From an uncultured Candidatus Saccharibacteria bacterium (GTDB taxonomy: Bacteria; Patescibacteriota; Doudnabacteria; UBA920): a stretch of DNA of 64,000 bases. A model generated the notes under the pieces. The model was not told the origin of the DNA and did no database searches. It was given only the letters and a program-made list of their open reading frames with translations. Within the stretch, counting starts at the first letter, position 1. Each line of letters starts with the position of its first letter. Below are positions 46,340 through 55,486 of the stretch, one piece after another. A program made the translations under genes and the position numbers. The stretch is from the NCBI GenBank assembly GCA_964532425.1, contig CAZHIA010000002.1, positions 13,945 through 77,944 of the forward strand, given 5' to 3'.

Positions 46340-47521
46340 ATGCCTTTCCTCCTCATCCTCACTTTCCTCCTTACTCCTGCCTACGCGGCGCGTTTTAGCG
46401 TGTTTGGCTTGCCGACCGATGTGCTCATGGTATGGGTCGGTGTCTTCTGGATCGCGGCCATTGCCTGGTTTACAACCAGAAAATTGTGGGGGGAATTCTT
46501 TGCTTTTCTGAAAACATTCGAACGGCCAATTCTCCTGCCAATCCTGCTATTCTCTCTGGCAGGAGTTTTCGCGCTCGATGTTCACGGGTTTGACCTCAAG
46601 AAGACAGGGCAGTTTTTAGTGCTCTTCTTACAACCAGTTTCTGTCTTTTTTATTTCCTCTTTCATATTTCGAAAGACCCCAAAGGCCAAACATACATTCC
46701 TAACCGCCTGTTCCATACTCCTAGCGGTTATGGGGCTGTTCGCTATCCTGCAATACTTCACCCGTATTGGACTGCCGGCCGCGTATTGGGGTAATAGCAT
46801 AGAACCAAAGCGCGCCTTGGGATTCTTTGGCCACCCGAACTTCTATGCGTTATTCGCAGCGCCGCTATTGGCACTATTGTTACCGGATGTACGATTAAAA
46901 CTACAAGAGGCAAGGAAACACAGCGCTCCGATCATTATGTGGGTTATTGGAGTGGTTGGACTGCTACTGTCCCTATCCCGTGCCGGCTGGCTGGGCTTGG
47001 GAGTAACTGTTCTACTGTATGCGATCATAGCAGGGGACAAGCGGATCCGAAGCGGTCTCGGTATTATCGCGCTAGTCGGAATATTAATCGTTAGCCTCAA
47101 TACCAACCTTCGATGGAGAATCCTTCTACCGCTGCATGGAGAAAAATCAGCCGTCTCGCGCATTTCGTTATGGAATACGGGATGGAAGGGGGTTAAGGAA
47201 GCGCCCATCAGCGGGCTTGGCCTGGCTGGTTTTTCCCGGCAATGGCCTATACTCAACACTGACCCCAACCTCGATACCCATAATTACCCGCACAATATCT
47301 TTCTCGATGTCTGGGTAGAGACCGGGTTGCTAGGGTTGATAAGTTTTATTTGGCTGCTTGGTGTTTTCCTCTGGCGTGGATATTCCAACCGAAACGACCT
47401 ATGGAAATTTTCAGTGGCTTTGTTTTTGACCGCTCTGCTCGTACAAGGACAGGTTGATAATCCATACTTTAAAAATGATTTGGCGATGGTCTTTTGGATG
47501 ATGTTAGCCCTGGCTGTATAA
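46340..47521 (+). CDS. O-antigen ligase/polymerase-family membrane protein
   Basis: Polytopic; SLSRAGWLGLGVTVLLY Wzy_C-like segment; ATG 46340 preferred over TTG 46325 inside repeat. Confidence 0.65.
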   Translation: MPFLLILTFLLTPAYAARFSVFGLPTDVLMVWVGVFWIAAIAWFTTRKLWGEFFAFLKTFERPILLPILLFSLAGVFALDVHGFDLKKTGQFLVLFLQPVSVFFISSFIFRKTPKAKHTFLTACSILLAVMGLFAILQYFTRIGLPAAYWGNSIEPKRALGFFGHPNFYALFAAPLLALLLPDVRLKLQEARKHSAPIIMWVIGVVGLLLSLSRAGWLGLGVTVLLYAIIAGDKRIRSGLGIIALVGILIVSLNTNLRWRILLPLHGEKSAVSRISLWNTGWKGVKEAPISGLGLAGFSRQWPILNTDPNLDTHNYPHNIFLDVWVETGLLGLISFIWLLGVFLWRGYSNRNDLWKFSVALFLTALLVQGQVDNPYFKNDLAMVFWMMLALAV

Positions 47522-47553
47522 CCACAGCACCCAAAGCGCTGCTGAGGAAGGCT

Positions 47554-47577
47554 CCCTCCATGGTCCCCATGGGGGGA
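47554..47577. repeat. degenerate copy (P3) of the P1/P2 palindrome
   Basis: CCCTCCATGGTCCCCATGGGGGGA, shares first 17 nt with P1. Confidence 0.6.
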
Positions 47578-47621
47578 ATTTGATATTTGGCTTATTTATT
47601 ATTGCTGTTTATACTATAGGT

Positions 47622-48479
47622 ATGAACAAACCACTTTTTTCCAAATTAGCCAAAGTCACGCTTTTGATCGTTTTTTGGGTTGTAGTCGTATTTATCGGCT
47701 GGCAGGCCATGAAAAAACCGGCTTTGACCGGCGACTGGCAGCCCCAATTGGCAGTGCCTTCTACCGCCGAATTTCACGACGACTTGGTGACTATCCACAA
47801 CGTACGCAATTTCCGCTACGGACCGGGAAAAGAATCAGACACTCATCCTGCGTATTATGATAAAACCTATGACCTGCGGAAAATCAAACAGATTTGGTAT
47901 GTGACCGAACCATTTAACGAAAATAAGACGGCCGCTCACACCTTCCTGTCGTTCGAATTTAATAATGGAGATTTTTTAGCGATCACAATTGAAGCCCGCA
48001 AGACCAAAGACCAAACCTATAGTATTTGGAAGGGGATGCTCCACACGTATCCGCTCATGTATATTGCGGCGGACGAGCGTGATGTGGTTCTGGTTCGGGC
48101 CAATTTACGCAAAGACAATGTCTACGCGTACCCAGTCAAACTCAGCAAGCCGGAAAATGCCCGGGTACTACTGGTTGATATGTTGGAGCGCATGAATAAT
48201 CTCTTAGTCCACCCAACCTGGTACAACACCTTCTGGGCCAATTGTACGTCCAGTATTGCTTACCATGTTAACCGCATCACCCCGCACCGTATTTCCATGT
48301 GGTCATGGCAATTGTGGCTGACCGCTTCGGCTGATGAACTGGCTTTAAAACATGGGTTATTGGATACCAACCTTCCTATAGAACAAGCCCGGCAACAATA
48401 CTTTATTACTGAACGCTCGCAAAAAGTCGGGGATGTGGAAGGATATTCGAAGTTGATCAGGGAGTTTGAGAAGAAATAG
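47622..48479 (+). CDS. DUF4105/Lnb-N-terminal-domain-like membrane-anchored protein
   Basis: N-terminal TM; AHTFLSFEF...YSIWKGMLHTYPLMYIAADERD pattern; family assignment from memory. Confidence 0.5.
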   Translation: MNKPLFSKLAKVTLLIVFWVVVVFIGWQAMKKPALTGDWQPQLAVPSTAEFHDDLVTIHNVRNFRYGPGKESDTHPAYYDKTYDLRKIKQIWYVTEPFNENKTAAHTFLSFEFNNGDFLAITIEARKTKDQTYSIWKGMLHTYPLMYIAADERDVVLVRANLRKDNVYAYPVKLSKPENARVLLVDMLERMNNLLVHPTWYNTFWANCTSSIAYHVNRITPHRISMWSWQLWLTASADELALKHGLLDTNLPIEQARQQYFITERSQKVGDVEGYSKLIREFEKK

Positions 48480-48618
48480 AAAAATAAAAAAATAGAAAAT
48501 TCAAAAATTCAGATCTTCGAAGGTGTAGGGGCGGCCAGCGGCCGCCCGATAACCAAAAGCTAGTAGTTTCCCTTACAAAATTTTAAAATCTTTCTATTTT
48601 TTTATCTTTTTATTTATT

Positions 48619-48647
48619 GGCAGGCCAAGGGCCTGCACTACATGCAT
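48619..48647. repeat. GGCAGGCCAnGGGCCTGCACTACAT element, copy 2
   Basis: matches 4039-4067 at 27/29 positions. Confidence 0.5.
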
Positions 48648-48649
48648 CC

Positions 48650-49204
48650 ATGCCTCCACTTATCATAAATCTCCCCCTCCCCGAATATACCATCGAAACA
48701 CAACCTAATTACCAGACTATCGGAAAAAAGATCGATGACACTCTCGAAAAGAACTTCTTTGGTAAACAAATTGCCATTCGCGCACTCAGTCTCACTGACC
48801 ATCCACAGTTAACTATGGATGAATTCGTTGATATCATCGTCAAGACTGGTACGGATAAGTACGATCCCAGCCGTAAAGGAGTAGGGAATGAAGACTTTGA
48901 GCCGTATAATGTCGACTTGCAAGCCGGTTTTGGCACGGTGGGAAAAGATCTGGCCGGAGAGGGAGCCGATATTATCCAAAAGTTCTACGAAAACGCATTA
49001 CTCGATCGCGGTTACCGACTCAGGATCGATCTTTTGGTGGTATACGATCTCAACCAGCTCACCAAGGCAGAAAAAGTTGATCTTTCAAAACCCGGTGTCC
49101 ACCCTCGCCTAGAGCCGTACCTGTTCCGGTTCAAGGACCCTGAGCACAGACCCGAAGCGTTGCTTGGTATTATAAAACTACTAAGTAAAACACCTGCTTT
49201 CTAG
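48650..49204 (+). CDS. hypothetical protein
   Basis: In-frame ATG after the repeat (ORF track starts at TTG 48617); 184 aa; terminator overlaps stop. Confidence 0.45.
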   Translation: MPPLIINLPLPEYTIETQPNYQTIGKKIDDTLEKNFFGKQIAIRALSLTDHPQLTMDEFVDIIVKTGTDKYDPSRKGVGNEDFEPYNVDLQAGFGTVGKDLAGEGADIIQKFYENALLDRGYRLRIDLLVVYDLNQLTKAEKVDLSKPGVHPRLEPYLFRFKDPEHRPEALLGIIKLLSKTPAF

Positions 49205-49216
49205 CAGGTGTTTTAT
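49190..49216 (+). terminator. intrinsic terminator
   Basis: acacctgc tttcta gcaggtgt + tttat. Confidence 0.5.
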
Positions 49217-49249
49217 GTGTAGAGAACAGTAGATTGTGGATTACTTAGG

Positions 49250-49549
49250 TTAATGTATATGTTCGAATAACTCAGGCAAGGTAAGATGTATTCCTAATAA
49301 TTCAGGATCATTATAAATATCCAATCTTTTGCCAAAGGCCTGTTTAGTTGCCTGGAAAATATACTCCCTCACACCGCTTTGCAGCTGTTTGGCTTCGCGG
49401 CATATGGCAGCATATTTCGAGATGTCTTCCTGATTCTTTAAGACCCCTTCTTGTACATATGCCTCCACAAGCTGACGAAACGGGCCGGTGAACGGAGAAA
49501 GATCAAGCACCGGCTCGTTTTCCCGTGTAGGCGAAAAGGTTTCAGCCAT
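49250..49549 (-). CDS. hypothetical protein
   Basis: 99-aa ORF, 12 nt downstream of peroxiredoxin gene on same strand. Confidence 0.4.
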   Translation of the reverse strand: MAETFSPTRENEPVLDLSPFTGPFRQLVEAYVQEGVLKNQEDISKYAAICREAKQLQSGVREYIFQATKQAFGKRLDIYNDPELLGIHLTLPELFEHIH

Positions 49550-49561
49550 AGAGAATGGTGA

Positions 49562-50146
49562 TTAAATCTTCCCCACTAACTCATCGCTTTTCTTTAATGC
49601 CGCCTTATCAGGCGTCCAACTGGCCGGACAGACTTCGCCATTATGACTGGCTACATACTGGGCTGCCTGAATTTTGCGGAGGAGTTCCTGGGCCGAACGG
49701 CCAATACTGTTATCGTTTACCTCCACGGCCTTAATCACACCTTCTGGGTCGACGATGAATGTACCGCGCAGCGCCTGGCCTTCTTCCTCAATATACACCC
49801 CGAGTGTCTTTGACAGCTTGCCGTTCGTGTCCGCGGCCATGGGGAATTCCACCGTCTTGATGGCAGGCGACATATCATGCCAGGCCATATGGGCATACGC
49901 GGTATCCGTACTCACACTTACCACTTCAGCACCTATCTTTTGGAACTCTCCATACATGGAAGCTAATTCCTGCAGCTCAGTCGGGCAAACAAAAGTGAAA
50001 TCTGCCGGATAGAAGAACAATACCAGCCATTTGCCGCGAAGGCTGGAAAGTTTGAGTAGCCCTAATTTTCCACTATGGTACATATTAAGTTCAACATCCG
50101 GCAACTGGCTACCGACGAGCGGAGTGGGATAAAATGATTGATCCAT
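49562..50146 (-). CDS. 2-Cys peroxiredoxin (AhpC/Prx1 family)
   Basis: Peroxidatic Cys motif FTFVCPTEL; resolving Cys near C-terminus (GEVCPASW). Confidence 0.85.
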   Translation of the reverse strand: MDQSFYPTPLVGSQLPDVELNMYHSGKLGLLKLSSLRGKWLVLFFYPADFTFVCPTELQELASMYGEFQKIGAEVVSVSTDTAYAHMAWHDMSPAIKTVEFPMAADTNGKLSKTLGVYIEEEGQALRGTFIVDPEGVIKAVEVNDNSIGRSAQELLRKIQAAQYVASHNGEVCPASWTPDKAALKKSDELVGKI

Positions 50147-50308
50147 ATTGTTTTCTAATTTAAGATTAAATTATTTTAAATTATAGATTTGGTATAAAAA
50201 GGCGTCATTCTGAGGGAGTGCAGCCGACCGAAGAATCTCATTTGAGATCCTTCGTCCCTCAGATGCATTCGGGACTCAGGATGACGCCGGGAAAAGTGTT
50301 AATTATTT

Positions 50309-50779
50309 CTATTTTCTCAACCGAATCACGATCTTCCGGTGCGGTTCATGGCCAATGCTTTCCGTGTACACTTCCGGGTTATGTTCTTGTAAGTAGGCGT
50401 GTATAAAGCGGCGCTCGTAGTTCGGCATGGATTCTAAACTGACGCTCTTCCCAGTCCGTTTGACCTGCTCAGCTGCCTGTTTGGCGGTCTCCTTCAAATA
50501 CCACTCTCGCTTGCGCTTGTAATCATCCACATCCAGGCTGAAACGGAACTGTTGGTCAGGCGGCAACTGGCGGGCGACAACACCCTGCACCACCACCTGC
50601 AAGGCGTGAAGCGTGGCACCCTGCCTGCCAATAAGCAGGTAGGAATCAGGTGAAGAAATGTTAAAAATCAAACCCTTGGTAATGCTATCTTCGAATTCAA
50701 CTTCGCCCGGAACGCCTATCTTTCCAAGCACGTCAATAATTAAAGCTTTTACTTTATCGATTTTTTCGTAGTCGGTCAT
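50309..50779 (-). CDS. khpB: Jag/KhpB RNA-binding protein (KH + R3H domains)
   Basis: R3H motif ERRFIHAYL; conserved position after yidC. Confidence 0.7.
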   Translation of the reverse strand: MTDYEKIDKVKALIIDVLGKIGVPGEVEFEDSITKGLIFNISSPDSYLLIGRQGATLHALQVVVQGVVARQLPPDQQFRFSLDVDDYKRKREWYLKETAKQAAEQVKRTGKSVSLESMPNYERRFIHAYLQEHNPEVYTESIGHEPHRKIVIRLRK

Positions 50780-50780
50780 G

Positions 50781-50845
50781 ATTGTAACATTTAACAGTTA
50801 ACATTTGATCCGCCGCGGCGGATCAATTGTCAAAGGTCAATTGTT
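50781..50845. repeat. word-built palindromic spacer with 20-bp perfect core TGATCCGCCGCGGCGGATCA
   Basis: taacatttaacagttaacatttgatccgccgcggcggatcaattgtcaaaggtcaattgtt between yidC stop and jag start. Confidence 0.6.
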
Positions 50846-51577
50846 GGTCGATGAGGGTTGCTTTCTCATCATATAGTATTGCTGGGCGACGGCAAAAAGT
50901 GTAGTTACGATCCAGTACAGCGGCAAACCAGCCGGTAATTTCAAAGCCACAAAAACGCTTACCAGCGGCAGGACATAGGTGGTTTGTATGCGCATAGCCG
51001 CAGCGGTCGCATCTTGTCCTGGTTGCGCCGGCATCATCATTTTGGATTGCCAGAACTGTGCAAAGCCGGCTAGGAGGGCAAAAATCAGGCTCGGGATATA
51101 GAATTTACCCCCGGCAAGCAGCGCGGGTTTGGAAAGATCGACGATATGGAGGAAATAAGGACTGATTGATCCAGGGTTGGGTACGAAGGAATATAATCCG
51201 GTAATATCATGGCTGCCAAGGGCCAGCCTGAACACTTGAAAAAGAGCTAGTAGGATAGGAATTTGGATCAAAACCGGCAGACAAGAAGAAAAAGGGTTAA
51301 TCTTATGCTCTTTATAAAGTTCCATCATCGCCCGAGCCTGCCCTTCCTTGTCGTCCTTGTATTTTTCTTTGACAGCATTTAATTTCGGCTGCAAGTCATT
51401 CATAGCCTTTTGGCTTTTGAGTGACTTATGAAAACTAGGAGCTAAAATCAAACGAATAACAATCGTTAGGAGAATAATAACAATTCCAATATCATGCCCG
51501 GGAATAACACGGTAAAATCCGATAAGTAAGTTTAGGAGCGGCCGGTAAATTATCTCGTGATACAAAAATGTGATCAT
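50837..51577 (-). CDS. yidC: membrane protein insertase YidC (short form)
   Basis: 5 TM-type YidC/Oxa1 core; conserved rnpA-yidD-yidC order. Confidence 0.8.
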   Translation of the reverse strand: MITFLYHEIIYRPLLNLLIGFYRVIPGHDIGIVIILLTIVIRLILAPSFHKSLKSQKAMNDLQPKLNAVKEKYKDDKEGQARAMMELYKEHKINPFSSCLPVLIQIPILLALFQVFRLALGSHDITGLYSFVPNPGSISPYFLHIVDLSKPALLAGGKFYIPSLIFALLAGFAQFWQSKMMMPAQPGQDATAAAMRIQTTYVLPLVSVFVALKLPAGLPLYWIVTTLFAVAQQYYMMRKQPSSTNN

Positions 51578-51635
51578 AATAAGTAGTTTTCAATTTTCGT
51601 TGTTTACACCCCCTCATTCCTGTCAGTGACTGGGC

Positions 51636-51893
51636 CTAGGGCACCAAATCAACCGATGGTTGTGCGAAAGGATTACATTTAATAACTCTTTTTAAAGAAA
51701 GTAAAAACCCCTTGCCTAATCCATGCTTTTTCAAAGCTTGTTTGGAATATTCACTGCAGGTGGGGTAATACCGGCAATACCCATGCGGATACCTACCTTT
51801 CAACCAACCATGGTCAGGGGAGAGGGTGTGCTGGTATAGGGTAATCATGCCAACAAATAGCGTGGTTGGCAATCTTTTTAGGATATTCCACAT
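51636..51893 (-). CDS. yidD: membrane protein insertion efficiency factor YidD
   Basis: YQHTLSPD...CRYYPTCSEYSKQAL...CNPF family signature. Confidence 0.8.
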   Translation of the reverse strand: MWNILKRLPTTLFVGMITLYQHTLSPDHGWLKGRYPHGYCRYYPTCSEYSKQALKKHGLGKGFLLSLKRVIKCNPFAQPSVDLVP

Positions 51894-51896
51894 GTG

Positions 51897-52232
51897 TTAA
51901 CGTATTAATTTCGAGTTGTGTATAAGTTGTGTAAAAGCGGATAACAACTCGTTTTTCCCCAATTTTGAAGCATTCGGCTTCACAATAACCGCATAGTCTC
52001 CATGGTTTAAACCGTCAAAGTTGATGCGAATATATTCCCGAAGAGTCCTTTTAAACCAATTTCGCTTTACCGCGCTTTTGGAAACTTTGGTGGAAACTAT
52101 TACCGTAAACCGCTTTATTTCAGGGTTAAACCGATATTTTATTGTTAAATAAGGGTTAAAAAAACCCCGCCCCCTGGCAAACACAGCTTTAATGTCCTTG
52201 CTCTTAGCGAGACGGTGAGTTTTTTTCAACAT
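51897..52232 (-). CDS. rnpA: ribonuclease P protein component
   Basis: 111 aa basic protein with RnpA-like RNR motif region (KRNWFKRTLRE); position after rpmH. Confidence 0.8.
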   Translation of the reverse strand: MLKKTHRLAKSKDIKAVFARGRGFFNPYLTIKYRFNPEIKRFTVIVSTKVSKSAVKRNWFKRTLREYIRINFDGLNHGDYAVIVKPNASKLGKNELLSAFTQLIHNSKLIR

Positions 52233-52238
52233 ATTCGT

Positions 52239-52373
52239 TTAAACAGTGAGTTTTTTTCTGCCTTTAAGACGTCTGTTAGCCAGGACGTTTCTACCGCCTT
52301 TAGTCTGCATGCGTGTGCGAAATCCATGCCTTCTGCTGCGTCTCTGGGCTTTGGGTTGGTAGGTTCTCTTCAT
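52239..52373 (-). CDS. rpmH: 50S ribosomal protein L34
   Basis: Hand translation of minus strand: [44 protein letters not shown]; not in ORF track (<60 aa). Confidence 0.85.
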   Translation of the reverse strand: MKRTYQPKAQRRSRRHGFRTRMQTKGGRNVLANRRLKGRKKLTV

Positions 52374-52487
52374 GGTCTTTCCTATATATCAATTTAGTTA
52401 ATATTCTCGGCTAATTATACTAAAAAAAACTACCATAGTCAACTCTTCATAACAATATAAACCAGGTATCCAATCATTAAACACACA

Positions 52488-52601
52488 TTATCCACAACAT
52501 ATAAACAGCTAAGTCAATTATCCTTATATCTATGAGGTTTTTTAGTGCATTTACATGTTGATAACTCCCTGTTAGAATGAGGTATCGATAGGATATCCAC
52601 A
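52488..52601. promoter_or_regulatory. DnaA boxes upstream of dnaA
   Basis: TTATCCACA 52488-52496 (perfect), TTATCCTTA 52518-52526, TTATCAACA (minus) 52556-52564, ATATCCACA 52593-52601. Confidence 0.55.
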
Positions 52602-52655
52602 AGTTATTTCGAATTTTTCAAAGGAAACCCAAATTCAATTGCAAATTTTGCCTGT

Positions 52656-54026
52656 ATGAACAACCAACAACTCTGGCAAGCCATTCTGGGAAGTCTTGAA
52701 GTCTCGTTAAGCAAGGCTAATTTTAACACATGGTTTAAAAATACCAATATTGTTCAACGAGGGGATGATTATATTATTATTGGCGTACCAAGTGCTTTTA
52801 ACCGCGACTGGATTGCCGCCAAATACCACCATGAGATGTTAAAAGCACTAAAAACTATTGCCCCAGAGATAAAGGAAATTAGATACCAATTAGGAAACCA
52901 AACCCCCACCCCTCAAGCACAACCCACCGTTCAGCAAAATCGGCCACCCCAACACCCAGAGCAATCCACTCAACCGTACCGGTCCGGCGAGCAAGCTGTT
53001 ATTCCCACAACCGGTTTAAACCCCAAATATACATTTGAGACCCTTATTATAGGCAAAAACAACGAACTCGCCCACGCCGCATGTGTGGCGGTCGCTAAAA
53101 ACCCTGGGACCCAGTATAACCCTTTATTTATTTATGGTGGGGTGGGATTAGGTAAAACCCACATGATGCAGGCCGTCGGCCATAGACTGCTTCAGACGAG
53201 CAGCCGAACCAGGATCTTGTATGTAACGAGTGAAAAATTCACAAACGACTACATTACCGCGATCAGCCAAAAACGCTTCGAGGAATTCAAGAAAAATTAC
53301 CGCGATGTTGATGCGTTATTAGTTGACGATATTCAATTTTTAGCTGGGAAAGAAGGAATTCAAGAGGAGTTTTTCCACACCTTTAACGAACTTCGGGATA
53401 AAGGTAAGCAAATCATTCTCACTTCAGACCGTCCACCAAAAGAAATCCCTTCTATTGAACAACGGCTTATCTCCCGGTTTGAATGGGGGATGGTAGCTGA
53501 TATTCAAGCCCCTGACTTGGAAACCAGGATGGCGATTTTACGCACCAAAATGGAAAAGCGAGGTGTGGTTATTAGCGAGGATATTCTTTTCTATATAGCG
53601 GAGAATATTCAAAGCAATGTCCGTGAATTGGAAGGTGCATTAAACCGCCTCGCTGTCTACCAGCAAATGGAAAATCGCGGATTAGTTCTTGAACAAGCCA
53701 AAAATATCCTTGCCAGTATTGTTGGCGCAAAGAAAAAAGTTACCTCCATTAAAAAAATAGCTGAATCTGTTGCGGAATTTTACAACATTACCATGGAAGA
53801 TTTGGTTAAACAGTCCAGAAAAAAGGAATTTGTAAAACCAAGGCAGATTGCCATGTATTTGATCAGAAAAGAATTGGATAATTCCTTCCCATCTATTGGA
53901 GACTTCTTTGGTGGCAGGGACCACACTACTGTCATGCATGCAGTGGAAAAAATCGAGTTGATGGTGAATCAGAAGGATTCATTCAAACAAGAAGTGGATT
54001 TAATTCTGGATAAACTGTATACATAG
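52656..54026 (+). CDS. dnaA: chromosomal replication initiator protein DnaA
   Basis: AAA+ Walker A GGVGLGKTHM, sensor motifs, C-terminal DNA-binding domain. Confidence 0.9.
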   Translation: MNNQQLWQAILGSLEVSLSKANFNTWFKNTNIVQRGDDYIIIGVPSAFNRDWIAAKYHHEMLKALKTIAPEIKEIRYQLGNQTPTPQAQPTVQQNRPPQHPEQSTQPYRSGEQAVIPTTGLNPKYTFETLIIGKNNELAHAACVAVAKNPGTQYNPLFIYGGVGLGKTHMMQAVGHRLLQTSSRTRILYVTSEKFTNDYITAISQKRFEEFKKNYRDVDALLVDDIQFLAGKEGIQEEFFHTFNELRDKGKQIILTSDRPPKEIPSIEQRLISRFEWGMVADIQAPDLETRMAILRTKMEKRGVVISEDILFYIAENIQSNVRELEGALNRLAVYQQMENRGLVLEQAKNILASIVGAKKKVTSIKKIAESVAEFYNITMEDLVKQSRKKEFVKPRQIAMYLIRKELDNSFPSIGDFFGGRDHTTVMHAVEKIELMVNQKDSFKQEVDLILDKLYT

Positions 54027-54284
54027 CATGGGAAAAGTGGTTGATAGGCATGGAATAAAAGTTGGATAAGTTGTGTGAAAAACTTCAAACAAACCGCCTC
54101 TAGCAGGATACACACTAAGATACCCACAACCAGTACCAAGTTATCCACGGAAAAACACAGACTTATCTACAGGATTACTTTTAAAATCATGTGATGAATA
54201 CGGATAAAACCAACTATTCCACAAATCAACAAGGCTTATTATCACTATTGTTATGTATTTAAATTATTTATTTATAAATAATAT
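54027..54284. promoter_or_regulatory. candidate oriC: DnaA-box cluster plus AT-rich unwinding element in dnaA-dnaN spacer
   Basis: TTATCCACG 54141-54149, TTATCTACA 54164-54172, TTATCCAAC (minus) 54062-54070, TATTCCACA 54215-54223, aTACCCACA 54120-54128; AT-rich 54241-54284. Confidence 0.55.
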
Positions 54285-55385
54285 ATGAAAGTAATCTGCA
54301 CCCAAGAAAACCTAAAAGGAGGTTTGGCAGTGGTGGGGAGAATTATCTCTCCAAGCAACACACTCCCTATCTTGAACAATATATTGATCAAGACAGAGAA
54401 TGGGATGTTGAAAATTTCTTCAACCAACCTTGAGGTGGCGATTACTACACAAATTAGATGCAAGGTGGAAGAAGATGGTGAAGTAACAGTCTTTGCCAAA
54501 ACCATCACTGATTTGGTGAATAATCTTCCGAATAAGAATATTACCTTAGAAACAGAGAATCTAAATCTGCATATCGAAGCAGATAATTTTCACACCTCAA
54601 TAAAAACCTTACCAGCTGAGGAGTTTCCTCTCATTCCACAAATTGAAGGGAGGGAAACATTTAAAATCCCTGCCCAGGCTTTGAAACGGTCTATAGACCA
54701 AGTTGTGTTCGCAGCATCAACTAATCAAACTCAACCAGAGATTTCCGGGGTGTTTTTAGGAACTCAGGACAATGAGTTGCGTCTCGTAGCAACTGATCGG
54801 TACCGTTTGGCTGAAAAAAGGCTAGCTCTCGCCCAAAAAACCAATCATCCCACTGAAGTGATAGTGCCGCAAAAAACCATTGCCGAACTAGCTCGAATTA
54901 TCGGAAACCAGGAAGGTGAGGTAGAGATTACCCTTGCTGATACTCAGATTTCCATGGTTTTTAACCAAACTCAAATCATTAGCCGCCTGATTGACGGCCA
55001 ATATCCCCCCTATCAACAGATTATCCCCGAGCAATTTATTACCACTGTTGCCACCCAAAAACAACCACTTATTAATGCGTTAAAAGCTGGAAGTATTTTC
55101 AGCCAGAATAATAACAGTATTTTTATCGAGTATGGTACAAATGAGCAGAATTTACGGATTACTGCCGAATCTCAGGAATTAGGTAAGAGTGTTGTGGATC
55201 TTCCTTCCAAGGTTGAAGGAGAGTCTGGTAAACTCATATTAAACCATCGGTATGTGTTAGATTGCCTTTCCGCAATCGAGAGCCAAGAGGTGGTGGTTAA
55301 AATGATTAATGATAGTTCCCCAGCGATTATCGTACCAGAAGACCAGTCGAATTATACATACCTTGTAATGCCAATTAAAAGTTAA
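54285..55385 (+). CDS. dnaN: DNA polymerase III subunit beta
   Basis: 366 aa, three-domain beta-clamp pattern; follows dnaA. Confidence 0.9.
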   Translation: MKVICTQENLKGGLAVVGRIISPSNTLPILNNILIKTENGMLKISSTNLEVAITTQIRCKVEEDGEVTVFAKTITDLVNNLPNKNITLETENLNLHIEADNFHTSIKTLPAEEFPLIPQIEGRETFKIPAQALKRSIDQVVFAASTNQTQPEISGVFLGTQDNELRLVATDRYRLAEKRLALAQKTNHPTEVIVPQKTIAELARIIGNQEGEVEITLADTQISMVFNQTQIISRLIDGQYPPYQQIIPEQFITTVATQKQPLINALKAGSIFSQNNNSIFIEYGTNEQNLRITAESQELGKSVVDLPSKVEGESGKLILNHRYVLDCLSAIESQEVVVKMINDSSPAIIVPEDQSNYTYLVMPIKS

Positions 55386-55486
55386 TCAACATAATTCGAA
55401 TTCCCCGAATGAATACAATCCGAATGATCCAAATATAATCATTTGGGGCATTCGGAAGGAATTCGTAGATTCGGATTATATACCTT
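55386..55486. repeat. word-built palindrome (CGAAT/ATTCG words)
   Basis: aattcgaattccccgaatgaatacaatccgaatgatcc ... ggggcattcggaaggaattcgtagattcggatt. Confidence 0.55.

Noticed and set aside
48528-48547. GGGCGGCCAGCGGCCGCCC hairpin as terminator for the Lnb-like gene
   Set aside because: No downstream T-run; may still be a structured element, but not a canonical intrinsic terminator.
52215-52397. 60-aa plus-strand ORF from the ORF track
   Set aside because: The region encodes ribosomal protein L34 (rpmH) on the minus strand with a textbook sequence; the plus-strand ORF is its antisense.
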